From a virus: a stretch of 64,000 nucleotides of DNA. The stretch spans positions 32,001-96,000 of IMG/VR virus record IMGVR_UViG_3300012204_000008; one strand, written 5' to 3'. The position numbers and the translations under genes are program-made. Every line of letters begins with the position of its first letter. Position 1 is the first letter of the stretch. The notes beneath the pieces are model-generated. The model searched no databases. It was not told where the DNA came from and saw only the letters and a list, made by a program, of their open reading frames with translations. Positions 1 to 10,700 of this stretch are shown here, piece after piece.

Positions 1-2
1 AT

Positions 3-434
3 GCTTTCAATCGTCTACCGATTAACGTTCTCTACACCTTCCAAGACATGCGGGTAACAATTGAAGACCAGGACACAGAGGAAGAGAAGCAGTTGATTAT
101 GCCGCTGGTTGGTAGTCCCAACAATGGCATAATTTCCACGAAAATATGCGGTAAGACCACTCTAAATGGGTGGCTAACTGTCCGTAGAGTCAAAATTGAT
201 AGTGAAGGAGAGGGAGTAGAAACTAAGGACGTTAGGCGGCTTTACACTTCGGCAGGAAAGAGGTTTATAGCCAAAGACAGACATGACACATTTGGTCGTT
301 TCGTTGACAACCCCAATATAACAGAGATGGCAGAAGCTGTTCAAAAAAAGATAGATAAAGCCAAGACAACTGAAGAGAAAATGAAAGCAGCAGGACTATC
401 ATCAAGCGTTTCTTCTATGACAGGAGCTAAGTAA
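3..434 (+). CDS. Sak4-like/AAA_24 phage ATPase recombinase, C-terminal part (5' truncated by window)
   Basis: Frame is open from base 3 (AFNRLPINVLYTFQD...); C-terminal RRLYT...FIAKDR...DNPNI pattern; sits directly upstream of an SSB-like gene. Confidence 0.6.
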   Translation, partial: AFNRLPINVLYTFQDMRVTIEDQDTEEEKQLIMPLVGSPNNGIISTKICGKTTLNGWLTVRRVKIDSEGEGVETKDVRRLYTSAGKRFIAKDRHDTFGRFVDNPNITEMAEAVQKKIDKAKTTEEKMKAAGLSSSVSSMTGAK

Positions 435-925
435 TGGGTAGTGGCAAACTTTCTAGAAACTATGAGGGTGTAGACCGTTTTGACACTGGCAGAATCTACA
501 CTGGCGAACTACCGAAGCCTGGTGTGTGGTATGAGGCCAAGCTAGTTAGTGCAGAAGACCACCCGACCAAGGCTAACCCTGACAATGTGCAGTGGCTATT
601 CCTTATTACAGAACCGCCATATGAAGGTTGCCCCATATATAAGCACACTAACGGGACTACCACTGCCTCAAATGAGATCCAAATTCTTGAGGCGATTGGT
701 GTGCTAGGCAAAGGGAAGAATTCTATTGATATGACCTTTCCTTCCATTCTCAAGAAGGCCAAGCCTGTTCTGCTTAGCGTTACGCATGAAGAGTATCAAG
801 GTGTGACTCGGGCTAAGTTCAGGACGGTTCTGCCCGGGCGTGGAGGTTCTTCCGTTTCCTCTCCCTCTTCTGATGAAGACGAAGTATTTAGTAGTGATGC
901 CGGAGACGACGAAGAGCCCTTCTAG
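434..925 (+). CDS. Phage single-stranded DNA-binding protein (DUF669-like)
   Basis: TAATG coupling; PG-x-Y-x-A N-terminal pattern, beta-rich core, acidic tail ending DDEEPF. Confidence 0.6.
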   Translation: MGSGKLSRNYEGVDRFDTGRIYTGELPKPGVWYEAKLVSAEDHPTKANPDNVQWLFLITEPPYEGCPIYKHTNGTTTASNEIQILEAIGVLGKGKNSIDMTFPSILKKAKPVLLSVTHEEYQGVTRAKFRTVLPGRGGSSVSSPSSDEDEVFSSDAGDDEEPF

Positions 926-935
926 AAAGTGAGCC

Positions 936-978
936 ACCCACGGGCAGTTTGGGGTCTCTGCCCGTGGGTTCTTTCTTC
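936..978 (+). terminator. Intrinsic terminator
   Basis: Perfect 12-bp stem ACCCACGGGCAG (936-947) / CTGCCCGTGGGT (958-969), 10-nt loop, followed by TCTTTCTT, just after the SSB stop. Confidence 0.75.
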
Positions 979-1033
979 ACTATAGTTCAAATCTCTCTCT
1001 CTTAATCTGTTTTAGTTTGTTCCCTGGTGGAGA

Positions 1034-1063
1034 TTGCACGAAAAGTAGTAAACATGGTATCTT
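1034..1063 (+). promoter_or_regulatory. Sigma70/SigA-like promoter
   Basis: TTGCAC (1034-1039), 18-nt spacer, TATCTT (1058-1063) with extended TGn; intergenic and downstream of the terminator. Confidence 0.5.
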
Positions 1064-1086
1064 TAACCTCTACTTAGGTGGTTGGC

Positions 1087-1305
1087 ATGGCGCGTAAGTC
1101 TGAAGAGATTATTTTATCTGAAATGAAAGCAAGGGGTAGATTAGTTGCGGCTATTACACATGGGAGGGGTGAGAAAGAGGCTCGTATAGCGTATTACAGA
1201 TTGAAGGCCCAAAACCTAGAGATCCGGGCGCGGGAATTGTATATCGAAGCGGATAGACTTGAAAGTCTTTCCGAAGAAATTTATGAAATTGCTAAAGCGT
1301 TTTAA
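1087..1305 (+). CDS. Hypothetical helical protein
   Basis: ORF track (GTG 1078); ATG 1087 follows an AGGTGG SD-like motif. Confidence 0.55.
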   Translation: MARKSEEIILSEMKARGRLVAAITHGRGEKEARIAYYRLKAQNLEIRARELYIEADRLESLSEEIYEIAKAF

Positions 1306-1320
1306 GACAAGAGGCGCCTT

Positions 1321-3531
1321 GTGTCTGGGGAACTTATTGCAACAAACGACCCTCAGGTTATTAACCTGAATGGTCTTTCTGAGTATCATTTTGAAATCCT
1401 GAAAGAAAGTGCAATTAATCCAGAAGTCATTCTGGAAAGGCATTATAGAACAGTTTACATGGATGATAATGGCCCTAAGCTTCTCCGATCTCTTGCCATT
1501 CCTAGTTGGGCTAGAGATAATCCCGACTGCTATCCAGGTCTTCTCATTCCACTTTACCGTGCAAGTGGTGAATTAATCTCTTATCAATATCGACCAGATG
1601 TCTTACAAGAAATAGAAGGTAAGAAAAGAAAATATGCGAACCCAAGTGGGAAAGCAAACGTAATTGATGTTCATCCAAGAAATATAGAACGTGTTAGAGA
1701 TCCAACAACTAGATTGTGGATTACAGAGGGTACAAAAAAGGGAGATGCACTTACCTCTTACGGTGAATGCGCTGTCAGTTGCTCTGGTGTTTTCAATTGG
1801 CGTAATCGCATTGGCACATTGGGAGACTGGGAGGATATCCCCCTTAGAGACAGAGAAGTTATCATCTGTTTTGATTCCGATACATATGGTAATGACAAAG
1901 TCTCAAGAGCTATGGCACGCCTAGGTCGTTGGGTAAAATCGAAACTTGCAAAAAGAGTATTGTATATCGTTGTTCCTTATAACGTAAATGGAAATGGAAC
2001 AAAAGGAGTTGATGATTACTTAGCTGCCGGTGGCAGTATACTAGAGCTAGTAGAAATTGGCGAAGACAAGCCTCCAGAAATAAATAAACTCAATCTAGAA
2101 TTTGCAGACACTCAATTATCTGCAACAATTGCAGGGGAAGTTCTCGAGGATAAGTTTTGTTGGGCTAGTGGATTAGGTTGGCTAAAATGGGAGGGGAAAA
2201 AGTGGAAGGGTTGCCAACTTAGCTCAATAAAGGAAGCAATTAGGGATTATGTACTAGATTGGTATAATAAAGAAGTCAAAGTTGGTTGTGATAGTGAGCG
2301 TAGAAAAGAACTTTTCGCCCTTCAATCAGCAAAGAGGGTTGGTGCTCTCACTAGTCTAATGGAGGGATTGCTAGAGGAAGATCCAGAAATCTTTGATGCG
2401 CATCCAGAACTAATGAATACACCTAGTGGTGTTATCCAACTACCAACAATGGAACTTCTTCCTCATGATCCAAATCTTTATATGACAAATATAACGAAGG
2501 TGGCGTATGTTCCTGGTGCCAGTCATCCAGATTGGGAAGCAACACAAAAGGCAATCTCAGAAGAAGCAAGACAATGGGTTCTAGAGCGACTTGGGCAAGC
2601 AATTACTGGTGATACCCCACCGGATGACGTTCTCACTGTTTTCCAAGGAACAGGTGCTAATGGAAAAAGTTCTCTTCTCGCAGGCGTAACGGGGGCTTTA
2701 GGGGATTACGCGGTTAAAGTTAGTGATAAACTCTTACTACCAGATCAAGGTCAGCACCCCACAGAAAAGATGAATCTCCGAGGGGCACGATTCGCTTATA
2801 TTGAGGAAACAGCAGAAGCTCGTTATCTTGATGTGCAGCGCCTCAAAGAGATCGCAGGAACTCCATCGATAACCGCTAGACTCATGCGTCAAAATAATGT
2901 AACGTTTTCAGCTACCCATACCTTCTTCCTAGCCACTAACCACATGCCCATTATTTCTGAAAACACCCATGCTGTTTGGCGTCGTCTTAAACTAGTAAAA
3001 TTTCCGTATACATTCAGGAAAAACAATGAAATACTTAGAGATGAATGGGATAAATACGGAGATTCTGGCCTTAGAGATCGAATGAAGACAGGAGCGAAAC
3101 AACAGGAAGCTGTTTTAGCCACACTAGTTGAATATGCATCTCGTTACTATCAAAACAACAAAATGATGTGCGCAGACAGTGCAAGAGTTGACAAATACAC
3201 AAGAAGGTGGAGGGGGGAAACAGATATCATTATGAGATATATAGATGAAAGACTAATTATGGACAAACAGTCTCATATACTAGTTAATGAATTATATGTG
3301 GATTTTAGTATCTGGCTTGAAAATCATGGCCATCATAGATGGAACGAACAAACAACAACTGGTCGTTTCAAAGATCATGAAGACTTTACTAACTCGCGTG
3401 TTAGAAAAACCCGAACGGATGACTACAACCCACTTTCCCGTAGAACTTTTATTGAATCAGAGAATAGGGCAGTTACAGGAAAACAAAACATCTGGCAAGG
3501 TGTAAGATTTAGAATAATAGAAGACGAGTGA
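1321..3531 (+). CDS. DNA primase-helicase (DUF3854/TOPRIM-like N-terminus plus P4/D5-type SF3 helicase)
   Basis: WITEGTKKGDA, CFDSD and KGVDD TOPRIM motifs; Walker A GTGANGKS, Walker B AYIEE, motif C LATNH, AVWRRL. Confidence 0.9.
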   Translation: MSGELIATNDPQVINLNGLSEYHFEILKESAINPEVILERHYRTVYMDDNGPKLLRSLAIPSWARDNPDCYPGLLIPLYRASGELISYQYRPDVLQEIEGKKRKYANPSGKANVIDVHPRNIERVRDPTTRLWITEGTKKGDALTSYGECAVSCSGVFNWRNRIGTLGDWEDIPLRDREVIICFDSDTYGNDKVSRAMARLGRWVKSKLAKRVLYIVVPYNVNGNGTKGVDDYLAAGGSILELVEIGEDKPPEINKLNLEFADTQLSATIAGEVLEDKFCWASGLGWLKWEGKKWKGCQLSSIKEAIRDYVLDWYNKEVKVGCDSERRKELFALQSAKRVGALTSLMEGLLEEDPEIFDAHPELMNTPSGVIQLPTMELLPHDPNLYMTNITKVAYVPGASHPDWEATQKAISEEARQWVLERLGQAITGDTPPDDVLTVFQGTGANGKSSLLAGVTGALGDYAVKVSDKLLLPDQGQHPTEKMNLRGARFAYIEETAEARYLDVQRLKEIAGTPSITARLMRQNNVTFSATHTFFLATNHMPIISENTHAVWRRLKLVKFPYTFRKNNEILRDEWDKYGDSGLRDRMKTGAKQQEAVLATLVEYASRYYQNNKMMCADSARVDKYTRRWRGETDIIMRYIDERLIMDKQSHILVNELYVDFSIWLENHGHHRWNEQTTTGRFKDHEDFTNSRVRKTRTDDYNPLSRRTFIESENRAVTGKQNIWQGVRFRIIEDE

Positions 3532-3569
3532 GATGAGGAAAAATTGAGTCCAATCCCTGGAGATACATA

Positions 3570-4112
3570 ATGAACGTATTCACTAATAACGATGAAACAG
3601 CGACTCCGCTATTATGCCTCGATCTGGATGGCACGGTGCGGCAAGGCAAGGACGACGCCCTCGGACGGTTTGTAAATGGCCCCGAAGATGTGCGGGTGTT
3701 TCCCGAAGCCGTTGAGAGGATGCGACGCTGGAAGGCAGGTGGTGGCCGAATCATCGGCGTCAGCAATCAGGGCGGCATCGCATTGGGAATAGTCACACCA
3801 CAGGCTGTCGCGGCGGCGATGATGGAAACGCATCGGCAGACTGAGGAACTATTCGACAAGATTGCATGGTGTAGTCACCATCCGCGTGCATCTGATCCTG
3901 AGTGGGCGCGTTGCTGGTGCAGAAAGCCTTCGCCAGGACTGCTTATTGAGTCGGCTCTCATCCTCGCCTCAAAGTACAATGAGTTCTACCCACCGTATAT
4001 GGGACTCATGGTCGGCGATAGGTCCGAGGATCAGGAATGCGCTCGATTATCTGGATTTGATTTCCAGCACGCTGTTTTGTGGCGCACTCAAGCACATCAG
4101 GAATTATCGTGA
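3570..4112 (+). CDS. HAD phosphatase, GmhB/HisB (class IIIA) family
   Basis: DLDGT, VSNQGG, CSHH...CWCRKPSPG, VGDR..D motifs; GGAG SD. Confidence 0.85.
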   Translation: MNVFTNNDETATPLLCLDLDGTVRQGKDDALGRFVNGPEDVRVFPEAVERMRRWKAGGGRIIGVSNQGGIALGIVTPQAVAAAMMETHRQTEELFDKIAWCSHHPRASDPEWARCWCRKPSPGLLIESALILASKYNEFYPPYMGLMVGDRSEDQECARLSGFDFQHAVLWRTQAHQELS

Positions 4113-4261
4113 ATGTTTTATATGGAGAAGGTTACCTACGCGATTGTACTATCAACAAACAACGCCACTTATGTGGATGTGTAACTACTTTTGATATATG
4201 CCGTTGGAAATCCATCATCTTGTTATGTTGTGATGCCCATTCTGAGAATGGCTCCGTATGA
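4109..4261 (+). CDS. Small Cys-rich hypothetical protein
   Basis: GTGA overlap upstream and ATGA overlap downstream; 50 aa. Confidence 0.45.
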   Translation: MNVLYGEGYLRDCTINKQRHLCGCVTTFDICRWKSIILLCCDAHSENGSV

Positions 4262-5052
4262 GAGTTTTAATTTTAGGTTCTGGTCCAGCCGGGCTTATAG
4301 CTGCACAAGCGGCTAGTCAGCTTGGTATAGAAGACATAGTGATCCTAAGTAAGAAAAGGAAAAGTGAATTATTCGGCGCCCAGTATCTCCACGTCCCAAT
4401 TCCAGAAGCAACACAAACTGCTCCTGTTCAAATACGATACCGCCTCATTGGCTCACCAGAGCAATATCGCAAAAAGGTTTATGGTAATAACTGGAACGGT
4501 TTCGTTTCGCCAGAGGAATTGAATGGTAACCATTTAGCCTGGGACATACGCGAGACATACGACTTCTTGTGGAAGAAATTTGAAGGCGCAATTGAAGACG
4601 TCATTATTGACCCAATAGAAATTAATCATTCTCTATTGAGACTTAGGCCAGCTTTCACCTTTTCAACTATTCCTCTACCTTCTATCTGTATTAGATCATA
4701 TCATAAATTTCAGGCAGAATATATTTGGGCGATGGGTGATGCACCAGCTAGGGATCAAATTGTTCCAGTAAAGATGTTCTCAAATAGTGTTTTATGCAAT
4801 AGCCTTCCATCTCCTTCGTGGTATAGAGTCAGTAGAATTTTTGACCATTCAACTATAGAGTGGCCTTGGGGAGCGAAAGAAATAGGAGATTTACTTGACA
4901 AGGCTAGTCCTGTAACTAAGCCTCTTAAAACAGATTGTCATTGTTGGCCTAGTATCGTTAAAATTGGCAGATACGGTAAGTGGGAAAAAGGAGAATTAAG
5001 TCATACTGCATTTCGCATCGTAACAGAAAAGATAACGAATGGAAACGGATGA
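4258..5052 (+). CDS. FAD-dependent oxidoreductase (distantly UDP-galactopyranose mutase/protoporphyrinogen oxidase-like)
   Basis: N-terminal VLILGSGPAGL dinucleotide-binding motif, GAQYLH, STIP, C-terminal IGRYGKW. Confidence 0.75.
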   Translation: MRVLILGSGPAGLIAAQAASQLGIEDIVILSKKRKSELFGAQYLHVPIPEATQTAPVQIRYRLIGSPEQYRKKVYGNNWNGFVSPEELNGNHLAWDIRETYDFLWKKFEGAIEDVIIDPIEINHSLLRLRPAFTFSTIPLPSICIRSYHKFQAEYIWAMGDAPARDQIVPVKMFSNSVLCNSLPSPSWYRVSRIFDHSTIEWPWGAKEIGDLLDKASPVTKPLKTDCHCWPSIVKIGRYGKWEKGELSHTAFRIVTEKITNGNG

Positions 5053-5726
5053 ACAGAACTTATCCTCCCCGTAGCTCTACCTCTCATAACGGAATAAGAG
5101 AGATACTGCGGCCAGTATTTGGAATAGATCTAGACGGAACCCTAGGTGATTTTCACTCTCACTTTTTCAATTTTGCAGAGGGTTGGCTTGGCAAGAAGAT
5201 CGAGAGGAGATATCGTGGTGACGTCCCTATGACAAAGCATATAGGAATCAGTAAGGAACGTTATCGTAAGGTTAAGTTAGCTTATCGCCGTGGTGGCCTT
5301 AAACGTTCCATGCCAGTATATCCAGGCGCATGCGAACTTACATGCTCATTGCGAGAGAGGGGTGCCATTGTCATCATTTGTACCACTCGTCCTTATCTTC
5401 AAATTGATAATGTAGAGCCAGATACTATAGAATGGTTGCGTAGAAATCAAATACAATACGACGGCATAATATATGGCGAAAGGAAGTTTAAGGATCTAAA
5501 GAAGAGTTGGAATGGACAAATTGTAGCTGCCGTAGACGATTTACCGGAAATGATACTACAGGCTTATGACTGCGGGTTTCCAGGAATCATGATAGTTCGT
5601 AATCACAATATTCAATTTCACACAAAATGGAGAGAGAACAGCTTATACGAAGTTTCCAAACTATTGCATGAATTGTTAGACGAATGGGAGAAGGAAAATG
5701 AAGCTAATATTAGCACCAAGCGTTGA
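5049..5726 (+). CDS. HAD-superfamily 5'(3')-deoxyribonucleotidase-like protein
   Basis: GIDLDGT, ICTTRP, TIEWL, K, AVDDLP, HN motifs; ATG 5049 in ATGA overlap. Confidence 0.75.
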   Translation: MNRTYPPRSSTSHNGIREILRPVFGIDLDGTLGDFHSHFFNFAEGWLGKKIERRYRGDVPMTKHIGISKERYRKVKLAYRRGGLKRSMPVYPGACELTCSLRERGAIVIICTTRPYLQIDNVEPDTIEWLRRNQIQYDGIIYGERKFKDLKKSWNGQIVAAVDDLPEMILQAYDCGFPGIMIVRNHNIQFHTKWRENSLYEVSKLLHELLDEWEKENEANISTKR

Positions 5727-6021
5727 AGAACAGACAACCGACAGGCATAAACTTGCGATGCAAATGTTTCCTATCTTAGAAGAAGCTCTTAATCTTGCAA
5801 TGGAGAGACACAAGACGTATGGGAGTTCTTGGAAAAAACGAGGGTATATGGGCTCGATTTCTTGGATGGGAGCGAAAGTTGATAGGCTTCTAGGTATGCT
5901 TTGGACTGGAACTCCAAATCCCGATGAAAAGGTTATGAAAGATTGCGCATTAGATGAGATAAATTATTGCGTCTTTTTCGAGCTAAATCGTAGGGCTGGA
6001 AATAAATGGGGTCCGCAATGA
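5698..6021 (+). CDS. DUF1599 / nucleotide-modification-associated domain 1 (all-alpha NTP pyrophosphatase-like fold)
   Basis: ERHKTYGSSW...KVDRL...DCALDEINY pattern. Confidence 0.7.
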   Translation: MKLILAPSVEEQTTDRHKLAMQMFPILEEALNLAMERHKTYGSSWKKRGYMGSISWMGAKVDRLLGMLWTGTPNPDEKVMKDCALDEINYCVFFELNRRAGNKWGPQ

Positions 6022-6596
6022 TAGAGATAGACAGCCTAGAGAAAATTTGGGAGGACTATCAAGCCGACATCAACTTCACTCATCTAAGCGCTATTAGTAA
6101 TTTCGTTCCGGGAGAAGGGAATAAGAATGCCTCTCTCTTCTTTATTGGTGAGGCTCCAGGTGTATTGGAAAACGAACTTAAGCGTCCGTTCGTTGGTAAA
6201 AGCGGTAAACTTCTAACATCTTGCCTCCTTAGGATTGGCCTTGCAAGATCAGATGTCTGGATCACAAACGTTGTCAAATATAGGCCGCCAGGTAATAGAG
6301 ATCCTCATCCATTTGAGATTGAGGCTTCAACTCCTTTTCTTCGTAGAGAAATTAAGATAATCAAACCCAAAATTCTAGTGCCTCTTGGAAGAATAGCATT
6401 AGACCTTATAGTTCCAGGAGCAAGAATTGGTACTTCTCAAGGTCAATTGACATATACTGCCAACAACTTTCCTGTATTTCCTCTTTTTCATCCGTCATAT
6501 GTACTTCGTGGTGGGGAAAGGACCAAGGAGATGTATTTACAAAGTTTTGAAAGACTGCTACACTTGTTACAAGAGAAGGAAGTAAATGCAAACTAA
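6018..6596 (+). CDS. udg: Uracil-DNA glycosylase, family 4-like, lacking Fe-S cysteines
   Basis: GEAPG, RPFVGKSG, ITNVVKYRPPGNRDP, LGRIA, FHPSY; ATG 6018 in ATGA overlap. Confidence 0.85.
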   Translation: MIEIDSLEKIWEDYQADINFTHLSAISNFVPGEGNKNASLFFIGEAPGVLENELKRPFVGKSGKLLTSCLLRIGLARSDVWITNVVKYRPPGNRDPHPFEIEASTPFLRREIKIIKPKILVPLGRIALDLIVPGARIGTSQGQLTYTANNFPVFPLFHPSYVLRGGERTKEMYLQSFERLLHLLQEKEVNAN

Positions 6597-7185
6597 TGGG
6601 AAGCATCGTAAGCAGAAGTTCCTAGGTAGACAACTAGATAGAAGCCTTTGGAAAATAATTCTAGACGTTTTTATCCTTCTCGTATTTTTAACATTCGTTG
6701 TAATGACGATCGTAATGATCTCTCGTGATGGCTCTACAAAAAATAAGAACCAAACTCAGAAAGAGGAGAAAACATGGCGGGATTACTCCCCGAACATATC
6801 TACGACGCCGCCCTCAAGTCCGCCTATCGTCTTGGACCAACAAGACTTGCAAGAAGTCAAATGGAAGAGGGAATTGACGCAGCCTACCCATACATCGCAG
6901 AGTTCCTCAAAAAGAAAATTATTGAAAGAATCTACGCAGAAGAATATAACAAAAGAGTCAGTTACTCTAACCAAACCCCTGACAGAATTGAAGCGTATCG
7001 AGCAGGGCTTAGACGTGCCATCCACGTCGTTTCAGACTCCCTCGAGTGTGATTGTATCAGATCAATTGAAGCCACAGGAGGAATTAAATACTCCGGATAT
7101 TGTGGGCTCCATAACTGAAGAGCCAATCGAAGAGTCAAGTTGTCACGATCGCGGCAAGCATCTAGGAAAGGAAAAGAATGGCTAA
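6586..7185 (+). CDS. Single-pass membrane protein with Ser/Thr/Pro-rich extracellular tail
   Basis: Basic N-terminus GKHRK, one ~22-aa hydrophobic helix, low-complexity tail; overlaps both neighbours. Confidence 0.55.
   Translation: MQTNGKHRKQKFLGRQLDRSLWKIILDVFILLVFLTFVVMTIVMISRDGSTKNKNQTQKEEKTWRDYSPNISTTPPSSPPIVLDQQDLQEVKWKRELTQPTHTSQSSSKRKLLKESTQKNITKESVTLTKPLTELKRIEQGLDVPSTSFQTPSSVIVSDQLKPQEELNTPDIVGSITEEPIEESSCHDRGKHLGKEKNG
6774..7118 (+). CDS. Hypothetical protein nested in another frame of 6586..7185
   Basis: Strong SD GAGGAG shortly before ATG; 114 aa of normal globular composition, C-terminal CDC...CGLH. Confidence 0.5.
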   Translation: MAGLLPEHIYDAALKSAYRLGPTRLARSQMEEGIDAAYPYIAEFLKKKIIERIYAEEYNKRVSYSNQTPDRIEAYRAGLRRAIHVVSDSLECDCIRSIEATGGIKYSGYCGLHN

Positions 7186-7330
7186 AAGTAGACGATCATG
7201 TGATTGGTGTCAAAACAATAGAGCTACATTGACCGTAGTAAGAAAGGAAAGATCGGAGTTCAGGGTTTGCCCGTCTTGCGTTGAAATGGGACTTAAGATT
7301 AAATATCAAATAGTTGGAGAGGAAAGATAA
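7178..7330 (+). CDS. Small zinc-ribbon protein (50 aa, not in ORF track)
   Basis: MAKSRRSCDWC...VCPSC...; AAGGA SD; fills the gap exactly up to the next ATG at 7331. Confidence 0.6.
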   Translation: MAKSRRSCDWCQNNRATLTVVRKERSEFRVCPSCVEMGLKIKYQIVGEER

Positions 7331-7702
7331 ATGAAGAAAGATACACTTGTATTTAAAGTTCTTCAAGCGTTCAAGAGCTCAGAAACTGGTGTAGTTGACA
7401 AGTTAGAGCTAATGGCTGAGTTGGGTCTGAGTTCAACTCAAGTTGAAAATGCAATATATCATCTCAAAAGAAAATGTGTAGAACCAATAACCTATAATAA
7501 AGAAAAAAGAGCTTGGGAATATCATGGAATTGAAAAGTTAGTTCCTACTGCCTCGCCTATCGTAAGTGGTACTGGCGACATGTATGATAAGAAACCTTCT
7601 CGCCAAAAGGTTTTCTTTGTAGGGGAAACTTCACTTGGAGTACCAATTTTTGAGTATCATGGAAATCTATACTTGGGTCACCGCGTTTACGAAGACGATT
7701 AA
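7331..7702 (+). CDS. Winged helix-turn-helix DNA-binding protein
   Basis: ELMAELGLSSTQVENAIYHLK helix-turn-helix followed by a beta wing; GAGG SD. Confidence 0.55.
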   Translation: MKKDTLVFKVLQAFKSSETGVVDKLELMAELGLSSTQVENAIYHLKRKCVEPITYNKEKRAWEYHGIEKLVPTASPIVSGTGDMYDKKPSRQKVFFVGETSLGVPIFEYHGNLYLGHRVYEDD

Positions 7703-7711
7703 GCTGGTAAA

Positions 7712-10700
7712 ATGGGAGACTTTGTAAGTCTACATCATCACAGCACATATAGCTACTTAGACGGATATGCGACTCCAGAAGAGCACATCATAGCAGCCGC
7801 CAATTTAGAAATGCCGGCTATGGCCCTTACCGAGCATGGAAATATATCGAGCCATGTCAAATTAGAGCAGGCGGCAAATAAGCACGGTATCAAGCCTCTT
7901 TTTGGAATTGAGGCTTATACAGGAAAGGTGGATGAAGATCGATCAAGATGGAAATGGCATCTAACCATACTTGCAATGAACCAGGAAGGATATCGTAATT
8001 TACTAAGAATAACCTCAAAGGGTTGGGCAGAAGGGTTTTTCTATGAACCTACGATATCAGGGGAAATGCTGGCTGAGCACAACGAAGGGCTCATTGTCCT
8101 TTCGGGTTGCAGCGGGTCCAAAATGGCCTGCGATCTCCTTGGAGGTAAGGGAGTACCTCCCCACGAAGTTGATTATGGATCTGCCATTGCCACGGCCAAT
8201 AAATTCCGCGATTTATTTGGAGATCGATATTACCTTGAGACGCAGGCTTTTCCTGAGTTAGAGAGAACTAGAAGTATTAATCAAGCATGGGAGAGAGTTT
8301 CTGAAGAGACTGGTATTCCGATTGTTGCAACCGGAGATGTTCATTATCCGCGCCCTAAAGATGGGGAAATGCAAGTCATCCTCCATGCAATTGATCGGGG
8401 CGGCCGCAATAACACAGTAGAAAAACAGTTGCAGTCGTGGGGATATGACATAAAGTTAACGAACTTCCGCGACGAAATTGTACTTCAGAAATTAATAGCT
8501 ACTGGTCTTAGTTCTCTTGCGGCAGAACAGGCAATTGCCAATACCGGGCTCATCGCAGACCGCTGTAATGTTACCCTGCCGAAGCTAAAAGAGCTACAGT
8601 TTCCTAGTAAAACACCAAACGAAGAACTTTTTAGGCAGTGGTTACGAAAAGGATGGAATTATCGTGGATTTGATAATCTGATTGGTGAAGAAAGAGGGCG
8701 ATACCTGCGTAGACTTAAGCATGAAATTTCTCTAATTGTAGAAAAGGGATTCATTGATTACTTCCTCGTTATTAGTGACGTCGTACGTTTTGCCAAACGC
8801 GAGGGTATCCCTGTCGGTCCAGCTCGAGGAAGCGCGGCCGGTAGTTTAGCCTGTTTTCTCCTCCGTATCACAGAAGTAAATCCAATGCTATTTTCGAACC
8901 TTTTGTTTGAAAGATTCATTGATAAAAACAGGCACGATATTCCAGATATTGATCTTGATTTCGATGATGAGCAACGTTGGAAGATTCGCCAATATCTCTG
9001 CGATCAGTATGGGGAAGATAGAGTAGGAAACATTGGAACCTTTGTAAAATACAAAGGTCGTAATTCTCTAATTGATGTAGCTCGCGTTCATAAAGTTCCA
9101 GTATGGGCTTTAGAGGGAGTAAAAGAAAAACTAATTGAGAGATCTTCGGGAGATTTGCGGGCTAATGCCACAATTGAAGACACAATTGAGATGTTCCCAG
9201 ACGTAAAAAAGATCTTTGAGCAGTTTCCAGAACTTTATCTCGCTAAACGCCTTGAAGGAAATCTTAGGGGATTCAGTGTTCATGCCGCCGGGCTGGTTGT
9301 AGCCAATGAACCACTTACCAATTCGGTAGCTGTCTATACTCGCATTGATAGTAAAACTGGTAATCGCGGTGAAGTTCTAAGTATTGACAAGTATGATGCC
9401 GAGTATCTTAACGCCCTGAAGATCGACTTTCTTGGTCTCAAAACAATGGGTGTAATTAGAAGATGCCTTGAATTAACTGGTATGAGCCTTGAGGAATTGT
9501 ATAAACTCCCATTAGACGACCCAGAAGTTTACGCAGGTTTCAAACGCAACGAAGTAATCGGTATCTTCCAGTTTGATGGTCGGGCAATGCGTTCAGTTAA
9601 TCGTGAAGTTAAGCCAGATAACTTTTCTGAATTAGCTGACATCAATGCTCTATCTCGTCCCGGTCCCCTCCATTCAGGTGCCGCAGCCGAGTATATAATG
9701 GTCAAACATAGAAAGAAAGAGCAAGAAGATCTCGGCGAAGTAGTAGCTCGTATTACTGAAGACAGCAACGGACAAATTGTTTATCAAGAATCTATATTAC
9801 AAGTAGTTAGGGAATTGGGCGGCTTCAGTTGGGAAGAGGCTGCCAGGATTCGTAAGCTGATTTCTAAGAAGCAAGGTGAACAAGCCTTCCAACAAATGAG
9901 AATGAAATTTATTAAGGGCGCAATAGGAAATGATTTAGAGGAAAGAATTGCAGATAAAGTATGGAAGCAACTTGTTACTGCGGGCGCGTATGCGTTCAAC
10001 AGAGCACATTCGATAAGCTATAGTATCATTGCTTACTGGACAATGTGGATCAAACAACACTTTCCGCTACAATTCTACTGTGCTTCGTTACAAAAGTACG
10101 ACCCAAAGACGAAAGGATTTGACCTCTTAAAGGAAGCTAAGAAGAAGGAAATTCCTGTCCTACCACCCCATCCTATCAGGAGTGAAATCACCTGGTCAAT
10201 TAACAAGGAACTTGGAGGACTTCAAGCTGGTATTACACAAATTCCAGGAATTGGTGAAAAAATCGCAACTGCGATGATAGACTACAGAGAGGCTGGAATT
10301 TCTGAGATAAAAGAATGGAAGGATTATTTACCAGTTCGTGGTATTGGGCCAAAAACAATTGAGTCCTTAGAAGAATTTTCAACAACTGAAGACCCGTTTG
10401 GCCTAGACCTCCTTACCAAAACCCTAGAAAAAGTTCGCGCATGGCTATGGGAAAATGGTGACGCAGAAGGGCTTCCTTTCCCAACTTCTACAGCAGAAGA
10501 TATTCCATATAGTGATATTGCAGGTCAACATGTTTGGCTCGGAACTGTCCGAGAAATTAACCTTAAGGATGTGATAGAATTACATAGATCGCGAACAGGA
10601 GAGGAATTAAATCCAGCCACTATCAAACAACCAGAATATCTCAATTATGCAGTATTAACCTGCGAGGATCAAACTGGTCCATTAGTAATAACTGTCCATA

